Positions 16,987 through 28,215 are shown, numbered from the stretch's first letter. The stretch is 64,000 nucleotides of DNA from an uncultured delta proteobacterium (GCA_963796685.1 CAWCMR010000020.1:45519-109518); one strand, 5' to 3'. Notes: generated by a model from the letters alone, not told the origin. Made by a program: numbers and translations.

Positions 16987-17859
16987 ATGGTGGCGTTGAT
17001 GAGTGGCCTGTCGGTCGTGTTGATGTTTTCTGCCTGCGGAACGGATGGGACGGAGGCGGCCGAGGTGGGCGTCGACGTTCGAGATTCGGGTATGCCCAGT
17101 GGTCCGGATGGGCCTGCCGAGGTCGGCGAGCAGGCTGCGGCAGACAGCAGTCCCACCTGTTCGGGCTTTTGCAACGCGGTGACGCCGTCCTATCCGACCG
17201 TGAGCCCAGACAGCAGTCAGGGCAACATCACGATGTACACGACCAACGCGAGCACGGGCGGAGCGTGCAACTACGGCGTGACCAAGGTCATGTATTTCGT
17301 CGCGGTGAACGTGAGCATAACTCCAGGGGATGGGCAGGGACAGTGGCACAGTGGCCGTATTTGCGGCCAGTGCGTCGAGGTGACGGCAGTGACGACCCAG
17401 GGCGCACAGTCGGTCTTGGCGCGCATCATGGACAAGTGTCCTGACAGCTACTGCGGCATGGACTTGGGTGGCGCGGCTCCCGAGGCGATCATGCTCGACG
17501 GTTTTGGTCGCTACGACGGAAGCTGGCATTTCGTTTCATGTTCGGGCCATCCTGAGGTCTCGGACGGGCCGACCAGCCTCTACGTCAGCACAGGAGCCAG
17601 CCCCTATTGGTCGCGGGTGCAAATACGCAACCCACCGGGCGCGGTCTTGTCGATCGTCTGGCGTGATTCGCTTGGGGCGTCCGGCACGTTCTCGTACGCG
17701 AGCGATCCCGAAAACACCTTCGAGGTTCCGACGTCGGTCTTGCAATCGACGGCAACGACCGTCACGGTGACCGCTGTCTTCAGCGACGGCAGCAGCGAGT
17801 CGGTGGAGGTAGCGCCGTCACGGCTCGCTACGGAAGATACTTCGTATGGTATGAGCTGA
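16987..17859 (+). CDS. Expansin-like (EXLX1-type DPBB + CBM63-like) lipoprotein
   Basis: Lipobox FSAC; T.Y...GGACNYG, CGQCVEV, DKCP...MDLG, W.FVSC, YWSRVQIRN. Confidence 0.85.
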   Translation: MVALMSGLSVVLMFSACGTDGTEAAEVGVDVRDSGMPSGPDGPAEVGEQAAADSSPTCSGFCNAVTPSYPTVSPDSSQGNITMYTTNASTGGACNYGVTKVMYFVAVNVSITPGDGQGQWHSGRICGQCVEVTAVTTQGAQSVLARIMDKCPDSYCGMDLGGAAPEAIMLDGFGRYDGSWHFVSCSGHPEVSDGPTSLYVSTGASPYWSRVQIRNPPGAVLSIVWRDSLGASGTFSYASDPENTFEVPTSVLQSTATTVTVTAVFSDGSSESVEVAPSRLATEDTSYGMS

Positions 17860-17870
17860 AGTCGTGAGGC

Positions 17871-18447
17871 CTACGTGTCGATGCGCCAGTACTTGCCGCC
17901 TCCGCCTTCCCTGGCCATGTAGCCGTATTCCACCAGCCAGCGCCGTAGCCGGGCGGTGTCGTCGCTGAATCTCTTGAGGAGCTCGATTCACGCGTTTCTC
18001 CGGGTAGCGTACGCCGTGGGTGAAGGACGGCAGTACGTGGCGCAGGAGCACGCGGACTTTCTTCTCCTGGGTGGGGAACGCTTCGATTCGGCCGTCGGGG
18101 GTAGTGAAGGTGGCCAGCACCTTGCGGTCGAAATCGGCAAGCCCCTGTTCATCCGCAGGGCGCGCGGGCTCTGCCTGCGCCAGCAACCTCTTGGCCAGGT
18201 CGGACAGGACACCGGTGTCGAGAGCGTAGAGGTTGTAGTAGCTTTCGCTGCGGGCAGAGACGAGCCCCGCGCGCGCCAGGCGGCTCAGGTGGTGCGACAC
18301 CGTCGAAACCCCGATGCCGAGGGTAGCGCCGAGCTGCTCCACGGTGTGGGCCCGCTGAGACAACAGCCCCACGATGCGCAGACGATTCGGCTCGCCGAGG
18401 GCCTTGAAGAATTCCACCAGGTCTTGTTCGTTGCTTGCGTTGGGCAT
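17871..18447 (-). CDS. ArsR/SmtB regulator fused to DUF2087, with a 1-nt frameshift near 17986
   Basis: FFKALGEPNRLRIVGLL..TVSHHLSRL..AGLV; KVLATF..GRIEAFP.QEKK..YPEKRVN. The alternate frame continues ELLKRFSDDTARLRRWLVEYGYMAREGGGGKYWR..* (stop 17871-17873). Confidence 0.9.
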
Positions 18448-18472
18448 GTCGGGGATCTTGATTTTGTAGAAC

Positions 18473-18511
18473 TAATTCGATAATTATAGAAATAGAAATG
18501 GACGACGTCAA
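18473..18511 (-). promoter_or_regulatory. Sigma70 promoter of the ArsR gene with overlapping palindromic operator
   Basis: Minus strand TTGACG-17 bp-TATAAT. The imperfect palindrome TAATTCGATAATTATAGAAATA (18473-18494) covers the -10 box. Confidence 0.8.
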
Positions 18512-18523
18512 GGCCTAGCGACC

Positions 18524-18901
18524 ATGGACCCCCAAGGCAAGACCCGCGCCGACCTCAGGCGCGCCTACAAAGAGACCCCGCGGCAGGCCGGGATCTTCCA
18601 GATCAAGAACATCCGCACGGGCAGGCTTCTTCTCGGCAGCAGCACCAACTTGCACGGGCCCCTGAACAAGCACCGCTTCATGTTGTCCATCGGCAAGCAC
18701 GCCAACCCGGCTTTGCAGGAAGACTGGAACCAATTCGGCGCGGACGCGTTCGCCTTCGAAATCCTCGAGATCGTCAAACCCAGCGACGATCCACTCTTCA
18801 ATCTCGACGACGAGCTCACTCTTCTCGAACAGATTTGGAGCGAGAAGCTGCACCCGTTCGGACCGGGCGGCTACAACCAGGGACCCATTCGCCGGGACTA
18901 G
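18524..18901 (+). CDS. Stand-alone GIY-YIG-like protein
   Basis: YKE...[18 protein letters not shown]...LNKHRF.L..G.H.N..LQEDW..FG...F.FEILE. Confidence 0.85.
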   Translation: MDPQGKTRADLRRAYKETPRQAGIFQIKNIRTGRLLLGSSTNLHGPLNKHRFMLSIGKHANPALQEDWNQFGADAFAFEILEIVKPSDDPLFNLDDELTLLEQIWSEKLHPFGPGGYNQGPIRRD

Positions 18902-21483
18902 CTCGGCCGACGACGAAGCACCCTTGCCAGAATCAGGACCAGCAAGCCCGCCAACCAGCCGAGATTCGAGAGTGCGACACCGGCCATTTCCATCCTGGGC
19001 GCGAACGACATCCTGATGGTGTGCGTGCCTGGCCCCACCGCGACCGCGCGCATGGTGTGGTTGGCACGCAGGATTTCTGCGGGCTTGCCGTCGAGCGTGG
19101 CTCGCCAGCCGGGGTGAAAATTGTCCGCGAGCACGACGAAACCCGCGCTTCCGCCGTGGAACTGCATCTCGACGGTATCGTCCTCGTAGCGGGTGATGGG
19201 CACGGCGGTCGGCATGAGAGTCGTGCCGGGGTCCGTATGCGCCGACCCCGGCACATCCTTTTCCAAGATCACGCGGTTCGCGAGAGCCGCGCGGGTGGAC
19301 GTGCGCAGCAATTCCAGACGGGCCGCGCGGTCCGCCGCCTTGATGAAATCGGCGACGAAGAAGGCGCGCGGGAAGGCGGCCGTGTCTTCATAGATGTTCA
19401 CGTCCCCGCTCGACACCAGCCGGAACCGCTTCGGGGGCGACACGATCGGGCGGCCGCAAAGGATGTAGCGCACGTTCAGGGCCTCGAGGAGAGGAGAGCC
19501 GATGGCGCGGAAGAGAACCGTTCGGTCGAATCGCTCGGGCACCGGATCGTGGGGGTGCTGGGCGAGAAACGTGACCTCGCCATAGCGGCGCGTGTACAGG
19601 GTCGAGTAACCGCCAGCGTCTTCCAGACCGAACGGGGCAAACGAATTCGGCAGCATCTGACCGCCGGTGAAGAGCATGCGGAATTTTCCGGGGGCCGACT
19701 CTAGAAAGCGGGTCGCCCTCGTCTCGGGAAAAGCCGAGTCGCGCGGCGTGCGTGGGTTGTAGCTCCACGCGAAGCCGGCCAGATCGGCGAAGAGCAGCGC
19801 CACCAGACAACCGGCCGAGGCAAGCCGCCAGGGTCGCGAGCGCGAGCGCACCAGGCCGGCGAGGGCGAGGGAAGACAGGATGAGCAGGAGCAGCGGCCGG
19901 CCCAGGATGGGGCCGCCGAGGGCGAGAAACCGGTGCTGGAAATCCGGCAGCGCCACCTTGTTCGCGACGGAGGAGTCGGCCAAGAACGTCCACATCCACG
20001 GGCGCCGGACCGCGATGGCCAGGCCGAGCGCGCCGACGAGAACGGCCGCTGGGCCGGCGAGGACGCGAAGGCGCGGTGCCGGATCCGCGAGCAGGCGATC
20101 GAGGGCCAGGGCGGCGAGGCCGGAAAAGCAGAAGCCGAAGAGGAAGAGCAGCCGGCACGGGGTCGAAAGACCCATGCCCGGCACGAGCTTGGCCACCGGG
20201 TAGTAGAAGATGGTGCCGGCCGCGCAGAGCAGAAGAACGAGAGACGCCCCGGCGAAAAGGCGCATGGGTCGATCGCGTCCCATGCGTCCGAGGGCGGTCG
20301 AGGCGAGCAGCAGAACCGGGATGCCGGCATAGATACACAGCTCGTTGAAGTTGTTGTATGGCTGCGGCGGGTCCGGCCTTGGCGTGAAGGCGTACCCCAA
20401 GGTCGGGCTGCCGAAGAAGTTGGGAAACACCAGCGTGACCAGGTAGCGCCAGGGCAGGGCGCCGGTCTCGCTGAACAGTTTCGAGAACGGCCATGGCGAG
20501 CGGTTGGCGTCGACGAGTTGCCCGCTCGCCTCGATGACGAAGCCGGCGGAAAGCAGCAAGAACGTGCCGGCGGCCACGGCGAAGGCGCGGACGATCCTGG
20601 CAAAATCGGCGCGCGACGCTGGTGTTCGCCAAGACTGCCAAAGGCGGTAGCCGACCGTGCAAGCCACGAACGCGCAGAGAAAGACGCCGTGCTGGGGATG
20701 GGTCAGGGCGAGCGCGGACGCAAGACAGAGTCCCAGGGCGAGCGCGGTCGTCCACGCGCGACGTTCGAGGAGAACCTCGACGAAGTAGAGTGAGGCGGGA
20801 AGACAAAGGGCCAGGGCCACGATGTGCTCGAGCTCGAACCAAACCATGACGTAGCCGTTGAACATCCAGGCCAGAGCACCGAACAGGGCCGCCACCGGGT
20901 GCAGGCCGAGCCTTCGCCAGTAGAGAAAAGAGAAGATGCCGCACCCGGCGAGGCCAAGGAAGAGGAAGAGATCGTGGGCCACGCTGATCGGAAACAGGGA
21001 GAAGAGCAGGTAGGGGATGGGCGACAGGTAGTTGTGGAAGGGCACCCCGCCGAGGATGGAAGGGCACCACCAAGACAATCCGCCGTGTTGCAGGGCCGTC
21101 TGAAACTGATGGTGGGCGGGGTAGAAGGTCGGTGGACTGAAGACCGTGATGGCATCCGTAAGGAGCGGGTTCCAGGAAGGGCGACCGGGCAGAGTGCTGA
21201 AATGGGACACCTGGGAGGGCTCGCCAACCATCCCGGGTTTTGGCTCCGCGGGTTTTGGCTCCGCCGGGCCAGGACCGGCTGCGCCATCGCGACCAGACCA
21301 CGGGAAGTATTCACGAAGCGTGTCGAAGGGATAGAAGGTCGTGCCTTCGACCAGCAGGGGCACGAAAAAGACGAACGCGGCAAGGAGCACCGGCAGGAGT
21401 GGAACCCACCGGCGCCAGAGTGGCGCGCGCGGGCTGCCGTCGTCGGGGGCGTCCGAGTCGTGGCCAGAGATCGGAGAGGACAT
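18898..21483 (-). CDS. YfhO-family (GT-C) membrane glycosyltransferase
   Basis: [82 protein letters not shown]. Confidence 0.9.
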   Translation of the reverse strand: MSSPISGHDSDAPDDGSPRAPLWRRWVPLLPVLLAAFVFFVPLLVEGTTFYPFDTLREYFPWSGRDGAAGPGPAEPKPAEPKPGMVGEPSQVSHFSTLPGRPSWNPLLTDAITVFSPPTFYPAHHQFQTALQHGGLSWWCPSILGGVPFHNYLSPIPYLLFSLFPISVAHDLFLFLGLAGCGIFSFLYWRRLGLHPVAALFGALAWMFNGYVMVWFELEHIVALALCLPASLYFVEVLLERRAWTTALALGLCLASALALTHPQHGVFLCAFVACTVGYRLWQSWRTPASRADFARIVRAFAVAAGTFLLLSAGFVIEASGQLVDANRSPWPFSKLFSETGALPWRYLVTLVFPNFFGSPTLGYAFTPRPDPPQPYNNFNELCIYAGIPVLLLASTALGRMGRDRPMRLFAGASLVLLLCAAGTIFYYPVAKLVPGMGLSTPCRLLFLFGFCFSGLAALALDRLLADPAPRLRVLAGPAAVLVGALGLAIAVRRPWMWTFLADSSVANKVALPDFQHRFLALGGPILGRPLLLLILSSLALAGLVRSRSRPWRLASAGCLVALLFADLAGFAWSYNPRTPRDSAFPETRATRFLESAPGKFRMLFTGGQMLPNSFAPFGLEDAGGYSTLYTRRYGEVTFLAQHPHDPVPERFDRTVLFRAIGSPLLEALNVRYILCGRPIVSPPKRFRLVSSGDVNIYEDTAAFPRAFFVADFIKAADRAARLELLRTSTRAALANRVILEKDVPGSAHTDPGTTLMPTAVPITRYEDDTVEMQFHGGSAGFVVLADNFHPGWRATLDGKPAEILRANHTMRAVAVGPGTHTIRMSFAPRMEMAGVALSNLGWLAGLLVLILARVLRRRPS

Positions 21484-21794
21484 GGTGCGGGCGCCGCGAA
21501 GGCCCAGCGTGGAAGGCCGCCGGCAGGCGACGTGTGTTGGGAGAATGCCGCAGCCGCGCTGGAACACAAGAAGCTTGAACCGTCTCTCGTGCCCCATCAG
21601 GCACAAAATCCTCTGGCCAGCCCATGACATGACATATTAATGGTAAAGTCAGGATGGTGGTCCCGCCTGTTTCATGCTAGGCCATCTGCTCGTTACCGTA
21701 CTTGCATAGACTTGCCCAGGGTGGGCCCGTTGCCCAACGGACCCCTTCCAGCCTAGCTGGGTTCGCCCTTGGCACCTATGGGGAACGCCCCGCG

Positions 21795-23459
21795 ATGACA
21801 CAGGAAGAACAGAAACAAGACGCCCAAGAATCGACGCTGCGCTCCGGGCAGATGGTTGGCGGCAAGTACTGCGTCGATGGGCTCATCGGCAAAGGGGGGA
21901 TGGCGGAGGTGTGGGCGGGCATCAACGAGCGGACCGGCAAGCGTGTCGCGCTCAAGGTCATCTTGCGCTCGTTTCTCTCCAGCGGCGACGCGGTGGAGCT
22001 GTTCCGTCGCGAGGCCATGGCCGCCAGCAGGGTGAACCACCCCAACGTGGTCAACGTCTTCGATGTCATCGACCACGAAGGCATGATGTGCATCGTGATG
22101 GAGCTGCTGGAGGGCGAGTCGTTCGGCGCTTACCTCAAACGCAAGGGGTATCTCGGCGTCAACGAGGCGGCGACCTTGTTGCTGCCCGCCATGCGCGGCG
22201 TCGCCGCGGCCAACGCCGAGGGCGTGGTCCATCGCGATCTCAAGCCGCAGAACATCTTCATCTGCATTGGCGCCGATGGACGTTTGATCACCACCAAGGT
22301 TCTCGATTTCGGCATCTCGGTCATCCAGGAGAAATCGGTCGACGGCGCGCAGGTGACGCAGCTCCTGGCCACCCATGGCACACCAGCCTATATGTCGCCC
22401 GAGCATATCTCCGGTGCGCCGGATATCGATGCACGCGCCGACGTCTACGGATTCGGCGTGCTCTTCTTCGAGGCGCTCACCGGCCAGTTGCCCTTCCTCG
22501 GCGATCCCGGCCCGGCCCTGCTCGTGCGCATCCTCAACGACCCCGCACCCAAGGTCACGCTTTTTCGACCCGACTTGCCCTTGCCGATGGTCGAGATCAT
22601 CGAGCGCGCGATGGCCAAGGCCGCTGAAGATCGCTTTCCTTCCTTGAACGACTTCATCGCCGCCGTCGAAGATCAGGTTCTGCCGCCTTCGCCGCTCCCG
22701 CGCGCGCTGACGCCGATGGCGGGCGTGCCCTTGTTCGCGCATGCCGAGCAGCCGTCGGGCGTGGCCGATTCCGTGGTGCAGGTGCTGCATCGGGGCGAGC
22801 CGTCGGGGATGCACGAGATCAACGAGACCAAGGCTCTGTACACCCTGCCCCGCGAGCCCAAGGTCGCCGACAGGAATTCGTCCCCGTGGTTTGTGATGCA
22901 AGGGAACACCGGTGAATCTCCCGCGCTCACCACGACGCAAGTGAATATTCGACCGTCGCTGCGCCGGAGCGCCGTGCGTGCGATGTCGGTGGCCACGTTC
23001 GTGGCCGTCGTCGTGATCGTCGCATGGCTGGCCTTTCCCTCGCCTTCGCAGTATCGCGGCGAGCAGGCGCCGCCGCGAGCCGTGCGGCCGGCGCCCACCG
23101 TTGCTGTTCCGAGCCGACCGACCGAGGCCAAGTCGCCGACACCCCTACCGGTGGTGGCGGGAGAAGATGCGGGCGGCGCCGAGAGCGTCGAAGTCGTGCC
23201 CAGCGATCGACTGGCGGCGCCGGAACCGACCCCGAGCGAGATTGCAAAGTGGAATTCCATCCGTCAGGCCGTGCCTGTCCATGCCGGCGCTCGCCGTGCC
23301 CTTTCCGTGCAGCAGGCGGAACGTCGAGCAACCAAGGCTGCCATGTCGAGCACGCCCACGGTCACCGCCACGGCCACGCGTACCCTCTCGCGCGCGGCCA
23401 CCGGCACGGGGGGGTCATCGGCTCCCAGGGCCGGGGCGCTTACGCCCGCCGATTTCTAG
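21795..23459 (+). CDS. Hanks-type Ser/Thr protein kinase with TM helix
   Basis: IGKGGMAEVW, VALK, HRDLKPQN, DFG, GTPAYMSPE, D.RADVY; TM in the C-terminal third. Confidence 0.96.
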   Translation: MTQEEQKQDAQESTLRSGQMVGGKYCVDGLIGKGGMAEVWAGINERTGKRVALKVILRSFLSSGDAVELFRREAMAASRVNHPNVVNVFDVIDHEGMMCIVMELLEGESFGAYLKRKGYLGVNEAATLLLPAMRGVAAANAEGVVHRDLKPQNIFICIGADGRLITTKVLDFGISVIQEKSVDGAQVTQLLATHGTPAYMSPEHISGAPDIDARADVYGFGVLFFEALTGQLPFLGDPGPALLVRILNDPAPKVTLFRPDLPLPMVEIIERAMAKAAEDRFPSLNDFIAAVEDQVLPPSPLPRALTPMAGVPLFAHAEQPSGVADSVVQVLHRGEPSGMHEINETKALYTLPREPKVADRNSSPWFVMQGNTGESPALTTTQVNIRPSLRRSAVRAMSVATFVAVVVIVAWLAFPSPSQYRGEQAPPRAVRPAPTVAVPSRPTEAKSPTPLPVVAGEDAGGAESVEVVPSDRLAAPEPTPSEIAKWNSIRQAVPVHAGARRALSVQQAERRATKAAMSSTPTVTATATRTLSRAATGTGGSSAPRAGALTPADF

Positions 23460-23466
23460 CAGGACG

Positions 23467-24910
23467 TCACCGGCCCCACTCGATTTCCGCGATATCCATG
23501 GGGAGGTAGATCGAGAAGCAGCTGCCCTTGTTGCGTTCGCTCGTCACCTCGATCCAGCCGTTGTGCTCACGCACGATTCCGTAAGCCACGGACAGGCCCA
23601 GACCGGTTCCTTCGCCCACGTGCTTCGTGGTGAAGAAGGGTTCAAAGATTCTCGGCAGCACCTCGGGTGCGATGCCCACGCCCTCATCCTTCACCGAGAT
23701 GATGGCGTATGTGGGCTCGTTGGCTTCGCTCCACACGGGCGGGGTCAGGTCGGCGGGCGGCTTCGCCACGGACACGCCGAGGGCGATGGTCACTTTTCCC
23801 GGGCGTTCGGAAGCCTGGATGGCGTTCACCAGCAGGTTTACCAGAACCTGCTCGATCTGCTCCGAGTTGGCCGGTGGCTTGGGCGGCACGGGCTCGGCGA
23901 CGATATCGATGACCAGGTTTCGTTTGACGGCCAGGGGCTGCAGCATGGCCATGGCACCCTCGGCAATGGCGCGCAGGTCAGCGGGGTCTCGCCTGGTCAG
24001 AGGTCCAGGTGGGGAGACGGCCCGCCCGCGCGCGAAATCGAGCAACTGACGAACGATGTGCGTGATTCGGTCGATCTGTTCCCCGATGATGCGGGCGGCA
24101 TCGCGGGTCTCGCGTGCCAGGGACAGGTTGGAGGCAAGCATGTTGGCGCGCATGAGGGCCACCCCCAGGGGCGTTCCGAGCTCGTGGGCGATACCCGAGG
24201 CCAACTTGCCCACGGTGGCGAGTCTGTCGGCGTGCCGGAGCTGGTCCTGCGTGCGCAGTCGTTCCTCGGTTTCCGCCGTCAAGGCCTGGCGCGTTTCCAC
24301 CAAACGCACGCACATCGCGTTCATCTCCGCGGCAAGCTCGCCGATCTCGTCTCGCTGCCGGATGACCAGCTGGCTGTCGACGTCTCCCGCGCCGATGCGC
24401 GCGGCTTTTTCGACCAGCTTTTCGATGGGCCTGCCGACGAACCAGATACCCAGAACGATCGAGACGCCGCCCACGCAGATGACCGCGATGACGGTGAGCA
24501 GGAAGCTGCGAATCACCGTATTGCGCACGTAGTCGCGGGCGAAGTCGCGCGACTCGGAAATCTCGACATGCCCCATGAGCTTCTCCCCCCACCGCGATGG
24601 GCACCTGCGTGACCAGCAGGTCCGCTTTGGCAGCGACTCCTGGCGCGCTCCCCGCGTCGACCCATCGGATGTGCAGCGCTTTCGTCGGCGGCTTGGTGGC
24701 AGCAATGAGCTGCATGGCCGCCTCGCGACCTTTGCTTGTCCACACCGCCGTGACGGAGCCCGCGAGCACCTGCGCCAGGACTTCGTGGTCCTGCGCCATG
24801 TCTTGATCGAAGGCGGCCAGCTCGCGACGCACGCGGTAGAAGGCATTTGCCGTCAACACCACGGTCAAACACACGACCATGGATAGAACGAGCTTGCGCG
24901 CCAGTCTCAT
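23467..24910 (-). CDS. Membrane sensor histidine kinase (HAMP-HisKA-HATPase), frameshifted in a homopolymer near 24585-24590
   Basis: N-terminal TM is in ORF 23978..24910; TM2/HAMP (DEIGELAAEMNAM), AHELGTPL, NLLVNA, D.G.GI, FEPFFTTK, GTGLGL are in ORF 23467..24846. Confidence 0.9.
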
Positions 24911-24919
24911 GCGCGAAGG

Positions 24920-25315
24920 TCAGGCCGTGGCAGTGGGGGAAGGGAGTCGGGCACGGACCAGGGACAGCAGCTCTTCCGGTCGGAACGGCTTGGCCAGAAG
25001 CACCGCCGACCCGAGGTGGTCGACTTGCGCACGTAGCGAGTCGTCTGGAAAAGCGGTCACGATGATGATGGGGATGCCGAGCCCGGAATTGCGAGCCGAC
25101 AAGGCGACCTGGAATCCGGTCATCCAGGGCATGCGCACGTCGGTGATGAGCAGGTCGACGGGACTGTCGTCCGTCAGGAGCAGAATGAGATCGCCACCAC
25201 TGGACGCGGTGGCAACGTCGACGCCCAGCCCGGACACCAATTCGGACAGCACGTTGCGCATGTCTTCGTCGTCTTCGGCGATCACGACGCGTGGCAATCG
25301 ATCTTCGGTTTGCAT
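24920..25315 (-). CDS. Single-domain response regulator
   Basis: VVIAEDD, DLLITDVRMP, IIVTAF, LAKPF. Confidence 0.93.
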   Translation of the reverse strand: MQTEDRLPRVVIAEDDEDMRNVLSELVSGLGVDVATASSGGDLILLLTDDSPVDLLITDVRMPWMTGFQVALSARNSGLGIPIIIVTAFPDDSLRAQVDHLGSAVLLAKPFRPEELLSLVRARLPSPTATA

Positions 25316-25469
25316 GGCACCCTCTGCAAGGTTGGTATGCCCCACGAGACGGGCCGGTGCCAGGTTCCACCCTCTGATTTTGCGGGACACGGGACCGAGG
25401 CTGTCGCCTGATATCCTACCTATGCCCGTTCGCTCCACCTCATCGCGCCAGATGCGCTAAGATGCCGGC

Positions 25470-26519
25470 ATGATTCTTGGCACGATCTCCCGGCGCTTGC
25501 CGCGCGGTCTTTGGGCGCGCGTGTTGCTGTCGATCGCGCTGGCCTGTCCCGTTGCCGGTTCCGGCGCCGTCGGGCATGCCCAGCCGCCCCTGTCACCCGA
25601 GGCTGACGCGAGGTACCGCAGCACGCTCAAGGACGCATTGGCGGAATACGACGCCAACCACTTCGAGGAGGCGCGAATCCTTTTCCGGCGCGCCCACGAG
25701 ATCAACCCCAACGCGCGGACCCTGCGCAGCATCGGTATGGCCTCGTTCGAGCTGCGTGACTATGTGGCGGCCGTACGCGCCCTGTCGGCCGCCCTGGTGG
25801 ACCCCCGCAAGCCGCTGAGCCCCGAGCAGCGCACCCATGCCAAGGGCTTGCTCGAGCGCAGCCGCATGTACGTGGACATCTACACCCTGAAGATCTCGCC
25901 CCCCGATGCCCGCGTGTTGATCGACGGTCACGTGCCCGACACCGAGCCGGACGGAACCATCTTGCTGGGGTTCGGCTCACACACCCTGGAGGTGAGCAAG
26001 CCGGGCTTCGTGCTGCGAACCATGGTCGTGAATGTGCGTGGGGGCGAGCGTAAGGATCTCGCCATGACCCTGGAACGCAAGCAAACGGCTACGTTCGGGT
26101 CGGGCGAGTCGAACCAGCTCGAGTCGGGCCGAACGCGCACGCGGGAATCGGACCACGCGGCGTCCCTGGGCAAGGTCCATCACGGTCCGAGTTTTTGGAA
26201 TTCCAGGGCACCCTGGTACTTCGCCGCCGGAGGCACAGCTCTCCTTTCGGCGGGCGCCGGGGCGCTGTGGCTGATTCAGAACGGCGAGCTCGGGAATTGT
26301 CACCAAGCCCCTTCGGGCCAACATTGCAACAACGAAAGTGCCATTCTGGACAGACGGAACCTGGCGGTCGGCGCCACCGTGGCAACCGGCGTCGCCGCCA
26401 TCACCTTGGGGGTGATTGGGATCTTTCATCGGGACGCGGCGGACGAGACGTCGAGCTCGCGAAACGCTCTGGCCTGTACGCTGTCGCCTTCCGGATTCCT
26501 GTGCGCCAAGGGTTTCTGA
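25470..26519 (+). CDS. Exported TPR + PEGA domain protein
   Basis: Signal peptide; FEEARILFRRAHEINP.ARTL TPR; PPDARVLIDG..GSHTLEVSKPGF PEGA; C-terminal hydrophobic hairpin. Confidence 0.85.
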   Translation: MILGTISRRLPRGLWARVLLSIALACPVAGSGAVGHAQPPLSPEADARYRSTLKDALAEYDANHFEEARILFRRAHEINPNARTLRSIGMASFELRDYVAAVRALSAALVDPRKPLSPEQRTHAKGLLERSRMYVDIYTLKISPPDARVLIDGHVPDTEPDGTILLGFGSHTLEVSKPGFVLRTMVVNVRGGERKDLAMTLERKQTATFGSGESNQLESGRTRTRESDHAASLGKVHHGPSFWNSRAPWYFAAGGTALLSAGAGALWLIQNGELGNCHQAPSGQHCNNESAILDRRNLAVGATVATGVAAITLGVIGIFHRDAADETSSSRNALACTLSPSGFLCAKGF

Positions 26520-26565
26520 GCTCGCGGCTCAAGCTCTCGGATGAACCTGTCGATGAACCGAGATC

Positions 26566-27312
26566 ATGTACCTTGCGCCCAGCGAGGCCCCGACAGCGAG
26601 CTCGATTGTGCGGTGTGGCGAGCGGGGAACGATCCTGGTCGTGGTCATGCTGATCATGGTCGTGCTGCTTGGCCTGGGCATGTCCGGGCTGTTCCTGACC
26701 AAGTCCAATGTTCAAATGCTGACCAACACCAACTTGCGCAACCAGGCGCTGTACGTGGCCGAGGCCGGGCTCGAGCGTGCCCGCGACATCCTGAACGGTC
26801 CCGTGACACCCGATCTGACCGCTCTGCTCGGCGGGGCAGGCCACATCGCCAACCCCGAGGACGAGATCCCGAACGCCTTGGATCCGGTCTATGGATTGCC
26901 CAACGGACGCGGTGCCGTCTTGACCGACACCGCCGGGGTACCGCTCTTTCGCGTCAACTACCCGACCAGCATCTCGCACGGCGAAGCCGTTCCCGGCAAT
27001 CCCCGGGTCATGCCCAACTCGCTGATGGGTATCTACACCGTCTACATCCGCAACGACACCGCGGAATGCCGAATGGGTAATTTCACCGTCGACGGAATCG
27101 CGGCAGGTGGCAACGAAGTCGTGGTGGTCCGCTCCGAGGGCACGGCGAGCGATGGCCGCACCACCGTGGTCCTGGAAATGACCATGGGGGGAGCCGTGAG
27201 CAACGGCATCACCCAAGGCGCGGGCGGCATCGCGGCTGTTCTGTGCAATTCGGGCAAAAACGCTTGCGACGACAACAACTCCGTGCAGAACAACGTCGTC
27301 GTCAACAATTGA
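26566..27312 (+). CDS. PilX-like minor pilin
   Basis: ERG|TILVVVMLIMVVLLGLG prepilin-like helix; N....QALYVAEAGLERA PilX_N motif; VVRSEG. Confidence 0.85.
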   Translation: MYLAPSEAPTASSIVRCGERGTILVVVMLIMVVLLGLGMSGLFLTKSNVQMLTNTNLRNQALYVAEAGLERARDILNGPVTPDLTALLGGAGHIANPEDEIPNALDPVYGLPNGRGAVLTDTAGVPLFRVNYPTSISHGEAVPGNPRVMPNSLMGIYTVYIRNDTAECRMGNFTVDGIAAGGNEVVVVRSEGTASDGRTTVVLEMTMGGAVSNGITQGAGGIAAVLCNSGKNACDDNNSVQNNVVVNN

Positions 27313-27336
27313 AATGGTAAAAGGTGGCAGGTGGAC

Positions 27337-28215
27337 ATGCCCCCTGACACGAAGACCATGACCCGGATCGACGCCAGCTTCAAAGTCTGTGCCTTGCTCG
27401 GCTTTCCCGCCCACCACTCGATGGGTCCGGCCATTCACAACACGGCCTTCGAGGCCATGGCGTTGCCCTTCGTTTACGTCGCCCAGGACGTCGCGCCCGC
27501 GGATCTGGCCACGGCCATGGCCGGTGCTCGCGCCCTCGGCTATCGCGGCCTTTCCATCACCATGCCGCACAAGGTGGCTGCCCTGGCGCTCGTCGACGAG
27601 GTGGACGCGATGGCGCAGGCCATTGGCTGCGTCAACACCGTGGTCAACGAGCAAGGGCGCCTGCTTGGCTACAACTCGGACGGGCAGGGCGCCCTCGACG
27701 CCTTGGCGCGCGCGGACATTGCCGTTGCCAATCGGCGGGTGCTCGTGCTCGGTTCGGGTGGGGCGGCCCGCGCGGTTGCAATGACCGTGGCCTTGCTCGG
27801 CCGACCGGCCGACCTGGAAATTCTAGGCGTGGTCGAGGACGAGCTGGCGCGCTTGGGGCGCGACATCACGGAGAGAGCGGCCACTCGGGTGCGCACGCGG
27901 AAGCTCGACGATGCAGTCCTCGCCGCGGCCATGGAACGGGCCGAGGTGCTGTTGCACTGCACGCCGGTGGGCATGACCCCGGACACCCATCGGACCCTGG
28001 TTCCGAGCAGCCTTCTCCGACCCGAGCTGGCTGTGTTTGATGCGGTGTACAATCCGCGCCGGACGCTTCTGCTCGAGCAAGCAGCCGCCATCGGCTGCCG
28101 AGTGGTCGAGGGCATGGAGATGTTTCTCGGCCAGGCCATGGTGCAATTCGCGCTGTGGACGGGTCAGCCGGCCCCTGTCAACGCTATGCGCCAGGTGATC
28201 GAGGCGCGGCTGTGA
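27337..28215 (+). CDS. aroE: Shikimate dehydrogenase
   Basis: HSMGPAIHN, GLSITMPHK, IGCVNT, GYNSDG, GSGGAARA, TPVGM, DAVYNP, GMEMFLGQA. Confidence 0.95.
   Translation: MPPDTKTMTRIDASFKVCALLGFPAHHSMGPAIHNTAFEAMALPFVYVAQDVAPADLATAMAGARALGYRGLSITMPHKVAALALVDEVDAMAQAIGCVNTVVNEQGRLLGYNSDGQGALDALARADIAVANRRVLVLGSGGAARAVAMTVALLGRPADLEILGVVEDELARLGRDITERAATRVRTRKLDDAVLAAAMERAEVLLHCTPVGMTPDTHRTLVPSSLLRPELAVFDAVYNPRRTLLLEQAAAIGCRVVEGMEMFLGQAMVQFALWTGQPAPVNAMRQVIEARL

Noticed and set aside
21233-21263. 15-bp tandem duplication (AEPKP x2) in the YfhO-like gene
   Set aside because: In-frame slippage in a loop, with no wider pattern.
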